The notes under the pieces are model-generated. The model was not told the origin of the DNA, made no database searches, and saw only the letters and a list, made by a program, of their open reading frames with translations. The position numbers and the translations under genes were made by a program. Below are positions 48,401-63,788 of a DNA stretch of 64,000 bases, piece after piece (position 1 is the first letter of the stretch; every line of letters starts with the position of its first letter). Origin of the DNA: Hyphochytrium catenoides (lineage: Eukaryota > Protista > Hyphochytriomycota); the NCBI GenBank assembly GCA_900088475.1, contig FLMG01004130.1:38908-102907 (forward strand), in the 5' to 3' direction.

Positions 48401-51299
48401 ATGGACCTTGGTGGACTCTAACTCTATTACCTGCGTCCACACAACACCCCGCGTCATTGTTATCGCATCCTCTTATCGTTGTTAGTCACATGAGAATATT
48501 GCTGCGCATCGATCATCATTATCGAGGAGATATGAAGCGACAGGAAGATAATGAACCGTAGCCCCTCCTCCTCCTCCAGTTTTTGAACCCTTTACCTCTT
48601 CTTCTGGGGCGGCATCAGAAGTATGACGGCCTTGCCTTTTGTCGCCCTCCTTTCATCATGATCGCTGAGGAGATCATCGGGTGAATGATGTTCCCTCTTC
48701 TTATTATTCTCTGCTGATAGATGGTGGTAGTAAGGGTTGTTGAGAGGCTAAGATATCAAAGACTTCCCGACCCTTATTAGCTCTTGCCTCCTTACTTCTT
48801 CTTCTACCTGTATAATAGACCTCTATGCAACCAGAGTTTGTTTGCTCTTCTGCTGCTGTTTTGTTTCACTCCCCAGTAGCAGGAGCAGCAGCGAGCCGAA
48901 GATAAAGAGATCATATAAGGCAAGACAGGTCAAAACGGCACTGCGCAGTAGTGGGCGCCATCGTTATTGTGGTCGGCGATTCTCCGCTTCTTTCTTCCTT
49001 CTGTTGTTGTTGCCAGCCCGGTACCACCCATGATGACATTATCATCATGACGCAAGAGTGCCGCTTGTGTCTTCTCTAAGCTAGCTTTCCAAGAGGACGA
49101 CTTTAATGAGAACGGACTGGGTGGTGTATGATGATTGATCTATGTTGTTCTCGCGCCGTGGTGGTGGTCCGTTGTTGGTGCTTATCGAACCGGAGCCTGT
49201 CTTCAAGATGGCTGCGCACACACCGAGCGAGTCATCTCGTACGTATGCTCGTCGTGGCGGTAGGCACTGCGCACCAGAGGAAGCCCTTAAAAGGGAAAAC
49301 AGTCTACTAAGGAGGACGATACACTTGTCAGCCCCAAGCGCCAGAATTAGTATCTTCGTTCCAACAACCTGGACAGAATCCCACAGGCAGTCAAGCGCCG
49401 CTGACGATGACGACGACGTCGGACGGTCTTTTGGTAAATCATAGAGCTTTCTTAGCCATGAGGAAGAGTAGTAGGAGCTATTATTAGTTCCCCTGCTGCT
49501 GGTGGTTCTTCCCGGTGCCTTACGACGAGGCGGAACCATATGAATTGCCATGGCTCCATCGTCCTTATTTTGCGATGTCTTTGGAACTTTATTTTATGAA
49601 GCCCGACGAGGCTTTGAGGTGACTTAGGAGACTTAGTCTCATCAAGCAGCCACAATATGCACGATGATGGTGCTTCACCTTCTCAATTCTTCTCTGAAGT
49701 GAGATTATTGATGCACCCAGGTCCACTACATCATCATCATCACGTTATTGCGTAGTAGATACGTTGTTGTCTACTCTGGTTCTCCTTTGACCTGCTCGCT
49801 TCTTCTAGAAGATGAAGAAGCTTTACTACTTAACACAACAAGCAGATAAAGAAGAGGGAGGCAGCAGCAAGATACTGATTTGAAGAAGAGGAAAAGAAGA
49901 AGAGTAACTAATAATCTGGTACCACCGCCGCCCACCATCAGCAGCTACTCAAGAGATCACCACCGTGCGGATGTTGCCGTTGTCTAACTATTCTTCGCTC
50001 CAATTTTGTCCTCTTCTCCTCATTATCCCTTCCATCATCATCATTATCAGCAGCAGTCCGTCGGTCACCACCACGTGCATCGCTTTGTTTGTTGCTCGGT
50101 TTGGGGGGATTAGGGGCTAGTTAGTGAACGGTTGTTGATAAGACAGAATGGATATGTTTCTATGGGAATGAAGGAAGTCTTTTGGAATGAAAACGACAAC
50201 GTGCCCTTGCTGCTGCGCTGCTGAGGTGACGGCAGAAGAAGAGGCAGCACAGGAGGGAGGAGGAGGATTGAAGTCTCATCATATCCTTCGACGCCCCTCG
50301 TCCCCTCGTCCTCCCGCCACTACTACTCCTGCTTGCTATAGACAACGACGAAGACAAGAACACGTGTGCGTCGTCGCCCGCCTGCTCTCGTCTTCTGCTG
50401 CTCTGACACTGTCTGGTGGTGATAATAAGAGTGAGGCTGGCTGCTGGGCTGCTGTGGTGGTGGTCGCAGCACAGAGAAGAAAGGGAAAATAGTTGTCAGT
50501 CATTGAGTCCTCCTCCTTATCATCCTCCTCCTGGTCATCACCGGACAGCAGCGGCAGGACCAAGGAGGACAGAGCTTGCTGCTGCTGAGAGAAAAGAAAG
50601 AGGGACGAGGACGAAGAAGAGGTAAAGGCCCTGAGTTAGAACACTTTGGTTGCTTGTAATTTCAGGGGGGGTTCTGGTGGGCATGCTCTCTCTTATTCTG
50701 TCTCTCTTTCTCTCTTTCTCTCTCTCTCTCTGTCTCTCTCTCATTCTGTCTTTCTCTCTCTCCCTCTGTCTCTCTCCCTGAATCTCTCTCTGAATCTCTC
50801 TCTGAATCTCTCTCCCTTTCTCTCTCACACAGTCTCTCAACGCACAATGAGGAGAGGAGTACTAACAATATAAGAGGGCCAGAAGAGAGGGCACAAGGGA
50901 AATGATGGAAGTCATACGCTCTCTTCTTCTTCCTGTTACTGCTCGGCTGCCCCGCCTCCCACCGCACTCCACCCCAATTATACTCTAGCGCTGGCCTGTG
51001 GATGACCTTCCGTCCACGAGGAGGAGGAGAAGAAAGATATTAGCAGTAGGTGACCGTGAGTGTTGCTGGTAGTTGTTTTTGCTCCTCCTATCAAACTAGC
51101 ATAACTACTTCCTTCTTGTCCAGAACTTGGGAGGCAGCAGCTAGCTAGCAGCAGGCTATCATCAGCCTTCTTTCGCAGAGGAGGAGAAGAGTAGCTAGCT
51201 CGTCGCCCGCAGGAGAAGAAGAAGAAGAAGAAGAAGAAAGAAGGACAGCTTGGAAGACTGCAGTCATAAAAAAAAGGAGGAGAAGAACCATCCATACCA

Positions 51300-52100
51300 A
51301 TGCAGCCACCTCCTCTCCTTCCCATAGATATCGGCCACGGGATCTACCTGACTGAATATGAAGAGGACGATGTGCATGACATCTTTCACATCCTTCAGGA
51401 CAGGACACTGCATGAAAACATGTTAGCTCGGATGCCATGGCCCTATCAGGTCTCTGATGCAGTAGAATGGGTTCAAAAGTGCAAAGCGGACTTGAAAGCG
51501 GAGAGATTCCCCTTCAACTTTGCTGTGCGAATAGGAAAAGCTCGACCCACGCAGAAGAAGCTGGTCGCGACCGAAGAGGAGGGTAGTCCGATGCACGAGA
51601 AAGTGGTGCAGAAGCAGCAGAGCTTTACAGAGAACGACGAAGGGAGAGTGATTGGCTCCATAAGCATACGAGGAGCCCACCAAGTAGTCAGAAGCAGAAA
51701 GAGCCAGCTGCAGGAGATGATGGAAGGACAAACGAAAGAGCAACAAGCAAGAGAAGAGAAAGAACGGCGATCTCATAAAGCATCCATCGGTTACTATCTT
51801 GACAAAGAATTCAGGGGCCAAGGCATCGTGCCCAGGGCGCTATCGGCAATTTTAGAGCTCTGCTTCTCGGACGCGGGTCTCGCTCTGAACCGCGTCGAAG
51901 CATGCATCTTGGCCACCAATGGGTCCAGCGCAAGGGTCCTGGAGAAATGTGGCTTTACCCTGGAAGGCCGTCTCCGGCAGTACTACCAAACACCCTTTGC
52001 AGGCGTTGTAGATGGTCTGATGTATGCTGCTCTCAAGGAAGATAAGGCTCCGACCCCACCAACAGCCACAAGATCATCAACCATAGCCGCAACATCATGA
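51300..52100 (+). CDS. GNAT N-acetyltransferase, RimJ/RimL (Acetyltransf_3) family, intronless
   Basis: LTEYEEDDVHDI; MPWPYQVSDAVEWV; RVIGSISI; ASIGYYLDKEFRGQGIVPRAL (motif A, RGxG); LNRVEACILATNGSSARVLEKCGFTLEGRLRQ. Confidence 0.9.
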   Translation: MQPPPLLPIDIGHGIYLTEYEEDDVHDIFHILQDRTLHENMLARMPWPYQVSDAVEWVQKCKADLKAERFPFNFAVRIGKARPTQKKLVATEEEGSPMHEKVVQKQQSFTENDEGRVIGSISIRGAHQVVRSRKSQLQEMMEGQTKEQQAREEKERRSHKASIGYYLDKEFRGQGIVPRALSAILELCFSDAGLALNRVEACILATNGSSARVLEKCGFTLEGRLRQYYQTPFAGVVDGLMYAALKEDKAPTPPTATRSSTIAATS

Positions 52101-54128
52101 TGAGATATAGTACTTTTCTTTCAGGTCGTTTGTTTGACGTGCTGTTGTTGGCTATGTAGTCCTTCTGTCGCCTTCCTTCTTCGATGATGCCGCCGCCCGC
52201 GTCGACTAACTGAGATAGTTAACGGTAGTCCAGCAAACAACAGAGCAGGAAACGCTTTCAAATAGTTCCCCGATACCCACGGTCATCATCACCCTCTGCG
52301 GCCCAAACAGCGAGAAGAAACTTAAGACCCTGTAGAGAAGGAAGAATGATGATGACAGGCAGATGGACCTCAAGAAACTAATAGCCGAGGGCGAGGGCCA
52401 ATGAGAGTGACGTGTTGCCATCAGTTAGAGTGGCTATAATAATGAACTATCATCGTTGTTACCTACAAAGAGAAAGCAACCCTGGATGGAGGCAGCAAGA
52501 GAAGACTATCAAACGCTGCAGAGATCCTGAAAGCAAAGGGAACGCGATTGTTGGATGGTAAGGAAAGAGTAGCCAGCGAGCGTCGAATCGATCGACTCTG
52601 ATTCTTCAAGACAGCCATCATTAAGCTATGGACTAACAAAAGGAGATGATGCCGGTAGAGGAGAGAATATAAAGGGCTCGAAGAAGGCGGCAGGCTTCAT
52701 GTTTGTGCCGGGCAAAGAGATATACCATCAGTGATCTCTTATGCCAAATGAGGAGGCGGACAGAGTCCAGCCACAGGCGATGGCGACAATAGCAGCATTA
52801 TCATCCACCAGTGTCTTTCGTGAAAAGAGGTCCATGGCGTCCGGAGGGAAGGCTTTCGCCAATAATAACCACATCGATACATCTTGGTTGATTCATCTTG
52901 AGCACCAAAGGGTAGCCTTAGTACCCGTGCTGCTGCCTTTAGGCGTTCTGGATGGCCTCGGCCTCGGCTTTACCTTCTTCTGTATCGAACAACTGCGGCC
53001 AACTACTAGTAAAGGGAGGGCAGCAGGAGCGGGGAATTCATTCACTACCGCAGCAGCAGATGCTGCTGAGCAAAGCTGGCGGACACGGAGGATCACGAGC
53101 AGGACGACCTCCCCGCAACCTTGTTCCAGACATCATCCACTTCTTCCATTTACCTTCCACGTATGAACACACTGAGGAGTCGCACTGATCATGAGGTGAA
53201 GGGAGAGATAAGAGAGTCTTTCATCAAGCATTAACCATCATTTAGAGTAAACTTAACAAAGCTCATTTATCTGTGTGAGATTGCCCAGCTCCATTTTCTC
53301 TCCGCATATAGGCGAAGATTCACCGACCGGAAATAAGTTCAGTCTTCATTTCCTCAGCGAGGATAATGGTGATTGAGGAGTAGGTAAGCCAAACCGGCAG
53401 GCAGTACTCCCTCTCTTCTGATTCCCGTTCCTCTTCCCCTCCTCGAAGTCTCTTTCCAGCAGCCCTCATCACTTCCACGAGCTCGTCATAAGCCACCACT
53501 GCCATGACTGCTGCTAATAGATCCAGCTGCTAATAGAACTAGCCGCTGACAGAGCCAACTGCTGCTAGGAACTAGCTGCTCAATGCTGATCAGTGAAATC
53601 GCTGATCCCTGGACTTCTGATAGAACTTCTTCTACTCTTCTCTGATATTATGAGTCCTGCATACCGTCCGTCACCAGCGTCCCTGGATGACAGACAGAGC
53701 GATGACAGAGGGCAGTTGACAGAAGATCAGGACATCAGGACAGACAGCAGCACTCTTCCAGATCTTTGGGCTGTTGGGAGATTCGAATAGCCGTTACCAG
53801 GTATCTCTGCAAAAAGTCAACTATTCTAAGTATTTTATAAGTATACGTCGTTTGTTAAAATATACACTTGCCACGTGGTTCTTGTCCAAGGTACATAGCA
53901 TAGGTAGACTTTTGACAATACTTAACTATGGAATTATAAGTAGCTTGGTATCTTCACCCTGATAACGAGTGGCGCCGAGAGAGACAGCAGAAGAAAGCAA
54001 TAGAATAGAGATTATGGAAGCTTCAACAGAGACAAGCTATTGCCAGATCTCACACTTGTCATCAAGCGATCTAAGCATTGACGGAGCTCCTCGTGAAACA
54101 AGTGGCTGTCTTATCTTAACTGAGAAAC

Positions 54129-55775
<1,647 letters not shown>

Positions 55776-57135
55776 GGCCGTAGAGACGAGAGCAAGGGAG
55801 GTCCGTCTCCCTCCGTTGCTCCCGCAAAGAGTACACTGCAATAGGCGGGTTCTTCCATGGGGAACAACCACCCAGGTCGACGTGTCGTAGCTTTCTTAGA
55901 AGCGGTTGAGCAAGAGGAGATCAGCAAGAGAGAGACAACCATCATTCTCTCTTTTTCTCATCTCTTCCTTGCTCAGCACTTTTGAGGTTCTACCACCCTC
56001 GACACTATTGCAGTGAGCAGGTCTAGTTCAAACCTTCTCCTCCGCTGCGCAGCCTTCTGAGCGCACAGGGAAGAAGCGAGACGCACCTACTAAATGTTTG
56101 GACGTCTAAACAATAAAAGTAGATATCCTAACATTGTTTTAAGTGTTGCTCCCTCTAGTAGATGGGGCAAAAGCGGACGACCAGAGGAAAGAGAGGGAAT
56201 GTGGACTGTGGTCGGACAGCGGTAAAAGGAGACGTCTTCTATCAAGATGGTGTGACGAGAGCAATGTTGACGAAGCAGAGTCCACGACGGCATGGTGGCA
56301 CCTGCAGACTCGAGATGGATGTGTGGCACATGGTCAGTGTCTTAAGAGAAAAAAGGCTATGGATATCAAATGAAAGGTAATAGCAGGTGCATGCACGGCC
56401 AGCTTCTAGAGGTCTGTGAGACCTGCTAAGAGTACAGATGATAAAGCTTTAAAAAAGAAGACCAATGGGAAGGGACAACATATGTATGAACGACGCTATA
56501 GCCAAACGAATGAGGATAGGACAGGAAAGAATGAGGGAATAGACCCATCACCCTCAGAGGCAAGAAGCCCGTGCAAGGGAGAAGCGCGGGGGAGAGAAGC
56601 ATACGAGATCAGACAACTATCCCAGAGACAGGCAGTCTAGTGTGCCATTGACTTATGTCCTGATTCTAAGTTAAAAGTCGAAGCAATGACAAGTGCGAGG
56701 TAAAGATGGCTCCACTGAAGCTGTAAGAGGAAGGAAAAGAGAGAGACAGAGAGAGAGAGAAACAGAGAGCAATGATGAGTAAAAGAGTAATCAGAAGAGA
56801 GAGAGGAAAGAGGAACGCCATGGAGAGAGAAAGAGAGGCCATCGAGAGAGGAGAGTGGGCAGGGGAGAGAGAGTGGCAGCAGAGCAGAAAGGCCCAGAGA
56901 CGGCGAGTGATAACCTTTCAAAAGGTGGCGGCAGCTCCTCCTCCTTCCCCCCACTCACTTCCCAGGCGGATTCGGAACATACCACCCTGAGCCATAATCA
57001 TCTCTGATCATTGCAGTAATTATCTCAGATACCGCCGTGGGCGTTACAGACCTAGGAGCGGCCTTGTCGCGCTGTCACTCGGAAGAGTAAAGCACGCCTT
57101 AGGACAGTTGCAGGGGACGATGGTGGAGGAGACTC

Positions 57136-57186
<51 letters not shown>

Positions 57187-57647
57187 TGTTAGTTGATAGT
57201 CAAGGGAGAGAGAGAGAGTTAGGAACAGGCAGGTGAGCGAAGGAGAAGAAGGAGATGTACATCTCACGAGCGGAACGCCGATATGGTCAGTGCAGATGTG
57301 ATGGACGAAGAGTGTGAGATAAGCTGCATCGCCCTTTCTTCTCCATCCTTATTCTGGCCGGTCATCCCTCTGCTTGGAACGGATGGGTGCTCATCCTATG
57401 GCGAGCTGCACCACACTCTTATATAAATCTAGGCCCTCTGTGAGACCTGAGCTTTAGGAAAGCTCGTAGCTAGGCGTGACAAAGGACAGACCACAGAAGA
57501 AGAAGGAGAAAGAAGAGAGAGAGAGAGAGAGAGAGAAAGATACTGGAGACAGTGGGTGACGGCACGGCTCTGTCCTTGCCTTCCCATCTGGAGGGCGAGT
57601 GGCATTGACTACGATTCCTGAGACTGTCAAAGTCCATCGGTGGCGCG

Positions 57648-58570
57648 ATGGGAGCTGCAGCGTCATTTCAAGGGCTCTCCGAGCAACAGAAGCGGCAACT
57701 TTTCTCTAAGATGAAGGAAGAATATGAAACCTATCAGAGAAAGGGAGATCACACAGAGGAGGAGGCAAGGAAGCATATAGAGGACGTAAGTGTTTGAAGG
57801 AGAAAGGGAAGCGAAGGGAGTTTTCCCTTTAGGACTCTTCTCAGTCTCTCTCTATTTCCACGTCTCTCTCTCTCTCCCTCTCTCTCTCTCTTCTCCCTCA
57901 CTTGCTTCTTTTTCTCTCTTTTGGTCTCTCTGTCTCTCTGTCTCTCTCTATCTCTCTCTCCCTTGGATCTCTCTCTGGTTCTCTCTCTCTCACTTTCTCC
58001 ATTGGCCTTTCTTTTCCTCTTTCTCTCTCTTCCTCCCTATCTCCCTCCCTATCCCCCATACCTCACTATGTGTTCACTCCCGTGTTACCTTTAATCATAT
58101 TTGGTTCTCTCACTCGCGCTCTCTGCTCCCTCGCACATCGCTGTCTGTTTCGTCCTCTTCTCCTGCTTTTGGACTCCCACCCTATGATCTCAATCGAGCT
58201 CTCTTTTGATGTTTCCTACTTCTATCTTTTCCGTGGCCTCTCCTCTCTCTTTCTCACCTTGTTGTCTCCGCTCGCTGTCTACCAGTTCCTCAAGACAGAG
58301 ATGCAGAAGGTTGAGCTCCGTGCTCCCGCTCTACCTGAGAGCCCGATAAAGCCTGTGCCACATGGATCGCCTAAGAAATCGAGACGAATGACCTCGCACG
58401 CCCCTATGAAGGCGTCAAAGGCTCATATGGTCCGAGGATGTCTTCTACCGCTGTCCTTGCCTATATGCTATGCTCCACAGCACTTTCTCACACGCACAAA
58501 CCCTTTCTCTCTCTCTCTCTCTCTCTCTCTNNNNNNNNNNNNNNNNNNNNNNNNNNNNNNNNNNNNNCTG

Positions 58571-58612
<42 letters not shown>

Positions 58613-60596
58613 GCTTTGGTCTGCCTTCTCTTCTCGTCATCTCCACGTCTTTGAGTACAACCTTGTTCCCCTTACGTCCATCACCAGTCTACGGTCCTAT
58701 CTCCTACTCCTTTCGCAGTCTTCCTCTCCCTCTTGTCAAGGCTGCCTGGCTTCTTCCCCGCTCCTCAGCCGTCCACTCTCCCACTGCCGACACTCTCCCA
58801 CTGCCGGCAACTGCCCTAGTCCTCTCTTTTGCAGACTGCTCTTCCTTTTTTTCTAACGCTCGCCTTATGTCTCTTATCTCACCATAAACGCTGCAGCTGT
58901 CCCGACGAAGCTCAACGAAAGGCTTGGCCCTAAGAGCAGCGCCAATGCAGATGCCAATGCCAATGCCTGAAATAGCTAAAAAGAAGCCAATCAAGCGACA
59001 AGTCATCTACGCCGCAGGGCTGGTGAGCATATGGAGCGTGTGAAGAGGCATCATCAAAGAGACAGAGAGAAAAGAGAGACGACATGGAATCAGGCGCATC
59101 TAGATACCATCAGAGGAAGCAGTCAGAGGAGTAGAGGGAAGAAAGAGAGAGAGAGACAGAGAGACACAGACGCAGAAGTAGACGGTGGGAAGACAGAGGG
59201 GTTCCTCTATATTCCGGCGGTGATGCTCCTCTTTATTCAATGACCTTATGTCCTGACATCAAACGCCAAATTAGGACTTTGAAAGCCCAGACGGCACGGC
59301 CAAGGAGGATGGAGCAGGACAAGGTACAGAGAGAGTACTTTCCCTACTTCTTCTACGTTTGGTAGCTTTCCTCCACTGACCTGTTCTTTTCTCTCTCTCT
59401 TTCGCTGTTCCTCTCTCTCCCGCCTTTTCTCTCTAACATATCTACAAGCTATGCTATGAAAAGGCTGTTACCTGTGTCGCAGTTCTTCTTAACTTGTCCT
59501 CTCTCTCTTCCCTTAGCGCTTAATCTCGCCTGCTTACCCATCATTGTCTCTCTCTCTCTCTCTCTCCCAGGAGCCGTGGAAGAGGTGGCCAAGGATGAAA
59601 AAGTGGTGAAAAGTCTCCGGGATGCAATCTCAAACATGTTTTTCGTGGACAGAGAAAAGAAAGACTCCATCGAAGCGGTATGATGCTGCTGCCACTCTGC
59701 TCTCTCTCCCCTCTCCTTCTCTTTTCTTTCTCTCTCTCCTCTCTTCTCTCTCCCTCTCTCTCTCTTTTTCTGTCTCTCTGTTTTTGGATCTCTCTTTTTC
59801 TCCCGCGCTCTGTCTCTTCTCCACCTTGCCTCCTCTCCTCTTCCGCGCTTTCTCCTACTCCCTCTCTTTAGTGTTTCCTGGCCAAGGTTTCCCATCTAAT
59901 TCTTGTTGACTCAGATCATTCGGGCCATGAAAGAAGTGCGAGTGAAGGAAGGAGAGAATGTGATTATTCAGGGAGAGTCAGGGAAGGAGTTCTACGGTAC
60001 GGAGCAGAAGCAACTTTCTTTTGTCTGCTTTGTCTGCCTGGTCTTGTGACCCATCCTTTGTCTGCTTTCCTCCCTATTTTAGGTGAGAATTCAGGGATTG
60101 ATAATTTGTCTCCATGCTTTTAGCTCTCTTTCTCCGTCCTTCTTGTCACTTTCGATCCCTCACGCACTCACTCTTGCTCGTCTCTCTTCCTTTCACCTCT
60201 CTGTCTTTCTCTCTCTCTCTGTCTTCTCTCTCACTCTCGTTGTCTTTCTCAATTTTCCTCTATATCGCTCGCTCTTTGCCGCTCTCTCTCTCGCCCTCGC
60301 TTTCTTTTCCTCTCTTCCTCTCTATCTGCTTCTTATCCTCTTTCTCGCCATTCCCCCTCTCACTCTCCGCCCATTCCCACGGCCGCCCACGGTGGCATTC
60401 TGCTGTCTAGTGGTGGAGGACGGTCAGTTGGAATTTGTCGTCAATGATGTGGTGGTCGGCAGCTGTGGCCCTGGAAGCTACTTTGGAGAGCTGGCGCTCA
60501 TCTACAACGGTGAGGACAATCCAACTGTTTATGTGTCATCCTCTCCTCCCTCTCTCTCTCTGTCTGTCTCTCTGTCTGTCTCTCTCTCTCTCTCTG

Positions 60597-60646
<50 letters not shown>

Positions 60647-63600
60647 CCCTTAACCTCGTCCTGCGTATTCCTTCTTCTTACTCCCTCCTGCTGTCTCGCA
60701 TACATAGCTCAACGCTATCTTGTGCTTACCTCTGTTTGTCCACCCTTCTCTCTCTTCTGGCGTGCCCCTTGACGGTCCGTCTCACCGTCTATCTCCTGGC
60801 GGATACTAAATCACTTTCCTCAGCTCCCCGAGCGGCGACAGTGAGAGCTCAGACAGACTCAAGACTTTGGTCTTTAGACAGAGACAACTTCAGAAAGGTA
60901 GTCCACTTCCAGCTCTGGCCGTATTTTCTCCGCTAATGGGCTTTTGCTGGCCATCGGTTCTATTCGTTCCCAGTGCTCCTCTACCATTTCTGGACTTGTC
61001 AATCTTCTCTCTCTCTCGCTCTCTCTCTCTCTCGCTCGTTCTGTCTGTCTCTTTCTCTGTCTCACTCTTCCTCAGTCTCAATGTCTGTTGTTTAGTTCTC
61101 TCCCTCTCTCCGTTCTTGATCCTCTCGCTTTCTGGGTTCAACGTGAGATTCCCTTCCTTCCCCTATCATTGCCTTTCTCCCTTCTTCGCCTTCTAATCCT
61201 TCTCTCTCTTTCTCTTTCCTCCTGAACCACAGATTCAAGCTTCCTCCTCCTCGGACGATCTGTGTCAGAAGGCGACGTGGCTGGAGCAGCAGGTCAACAT
61301 CTTGGAGAAGCTGAGCAAGCGACAGCTGTTAGAGATTGCAGATGCGCTGGAGTGGAAGGAGTATCAGCAAGGAGAGGCTATCGTCAAGCAAGGAGAACAA
61401 GGGAATGAGTTCTTTATTATTCAGGAGGTAAGACTTGGCAAGAGGCAGGAGAGGAAGAAANNNNNNNNNNNNNNNNNNNNNNNNNNNNNNGGAAGGTACG
61501 CGGAACGCGTGCTGCCTCTTCCTCTCTCTTATCCCCGTCTCCCCTCACGTCTCATTACTCTAATAGCACCTTTCCTCCACCTCTGTGCACGTATATCTCT
61601 CGTCTTTCTTCACTGTTCTCTTCTCTTATTGTCTGTTTACCTCTCTCTCCGTCACAGAGCTTTCTCCCTCTCTCTAGCTCTCTCTCTTGCCCGTTGCTAA
61701 AGCAGGTGGATCATTGACCTCCGTACTCCTTCTTTTCCTCCCAGGCGTGGCCGAGTTCCCTCCTAAAGACGAGGATAAGATAACCTCTCTCAGGCCAGGA
61801 GAATACTTCGGCGAACGCGCTCTTCTCTCCAATAACTTTATAAGGACGGCAACCATCATCGCCACCAAAAAGTCAAAGTGTCTCATTCTCTCTGCTGAAG
61901 ACTTCTTCCGTCTTATGCTCCCCGTCATTGACACGCTGAACACTAATGTAAGAGCTACTTAGGGTTCATGAGAATAGAGAGAGAGAGAAAGAGAGAGAGA
62001 GACAGACACAGATTCGTAGAAAGGGAGAGGGAAGAAAAGAGGCAAAGTAACGAAAGAACGGAATGACAGAGATAGACATTCGCGAGTACATTGACAAGGA
62101 TCAGCAGGAGAAAGAGAGGCGAGAGAGAGAGAGAGAGAGAGAGAGAAGGAAATCCAGCGAGGAAGGGTACAGAGAGAGACGGTGAAAGACCGGCGGTTGT
62201 CAGAGAGAGAGAGAGGAAGGAGGAAAGCGATCGAAAATAATCTGTTCACCATCATGATGCGCTTCTGACAGGCGGACCGTCGAGTGTTACGGATGGTGGG
62301 AGAACTCTCACGCCTAACCGAGAATCAGGTGCGTGATGATCTCTCTTTGTCTCATTCCCTTTTCTGTCTCTCTCTCTCTCTCTCATTGTCTCACCTTGTC
62401 TCCACCGTTGCTGCTTCGGCTTCCATGCAAAACACTTCTACTGCCCGTTACTGCTTAAAATTCAACCTTCTGCCCTTCGATTCGCTCCGCTGCCTCGGAT
62501 GGCTCTCACAAGGTCTCATCTACCTCTCTGATTGTTTTCCCTTCTCTCTCTTTTCTGTCTCTCTCTGTCTCTGTCTGTCTTTCTGTCTGTTTCTCTCTCT
62601 CTCTGTGTCTCTCTCTCTCCTTTGGATACCCCTCTCTCTCTCCTCACAGATGGACGAGCTCGTATCAAAGCTTGAGAGTGTGACATTCAAGCAGGGAGAG
62701 GTTCTCACCGCACAGGGCGAGCCTGCCAAATATTTTTACATCCTGAAGGCGGGAACCATTCACTGCTGCGAGGAGGGCAAAACCTTTGAACTTGGAGTAA
62801 GCGATCCAGCTCTCTCTCTCTCTCTCTCTTCTCTTCAGCCTTCCTCTGTCTCTTCTCTCTCCACTCTCCCATCACTTCTGCATGACTCTCTCCATGCAGG
62901 ATGTCGCTAATATTCTACCTAAGCTTGCAGTCCTATTCACGCTCTCCTGTCGCTTCGTAGCGCATCACTCTATTTTAGTTCCCCGTTACCTCTCTCCTCT
63001 TTGCCCGTGTTCTGCTCTCTTCACGCTCCCTTCCCATGCCTCCACTGTCTCCGACTTGGGCCTCTTCACTCTTGTTCACTTGCTCTGCCTCTCTGCCAAT
63101 TTACCTTTCAAGGTCAATAACTTTGTAGGCAGCGAGCTCTTCAACTTCTCGAAGTACGCCGTCCATTCAGTCGCGTCATCGGCGGAGGTCCAATGCCAGA
63201 GGCTACACCAGGACATCTGGAGAGAAGTCTTCACGAAGAAGGAGGATATGTTGGTGAGAGCGTCGGGCTTTCCCGTCTTGGAATCTCTTCCTCTTTGGCT
63301 TGACCTCTCTCTGCCTCTCTTTTTTGTCACTTTGTCTAGCCCCCTTCTCTTCTACTTTTCTCTCTTCCTTCTCTCTCTCCTTGTCTGCTTTGAGCGTCTT
63401 TGCTCTCTCTTGCGATATTTTGGCTGATGCTTATCTCTTCTCGTAGGCAAAGAAGAAGCAAGAGAAGAGAGAGAGAAAGAAGGTTTCTTCCAACTCCATT
63501 CAAGAGGTGGCGGTGTTAGGTGCTGGCTCTTATGGAAGAGTGTCCATGGTGCGCGTGGTAGGAGGAGGAGACAATGGACAGGACTTGGTAAGCCACAATC

Positions 63601-63753
63601 TTTCCTGATCCTTCTTATATTTCTGGTGTACCTCTCTCTCTTTATACTCGTTGGAAGTTCATGGCTATAACCCTGCCAGCTCTATATATGGCCTCTAGCC
63701 TCAGAGTCTCTCTCTCTTCTGGTCCACATTCTCTCTCTCACTTTCTCTCACTT

Positions 63754-63788
<35 letters not shown>

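Noticed and set aside
52363-52402. MDLKKLIAEGEGQ resembling the start of AlbA_2/Schlafen domains
   Set aside because: It is followed at once by stops with no EFK motif or further similarity; too short to support.
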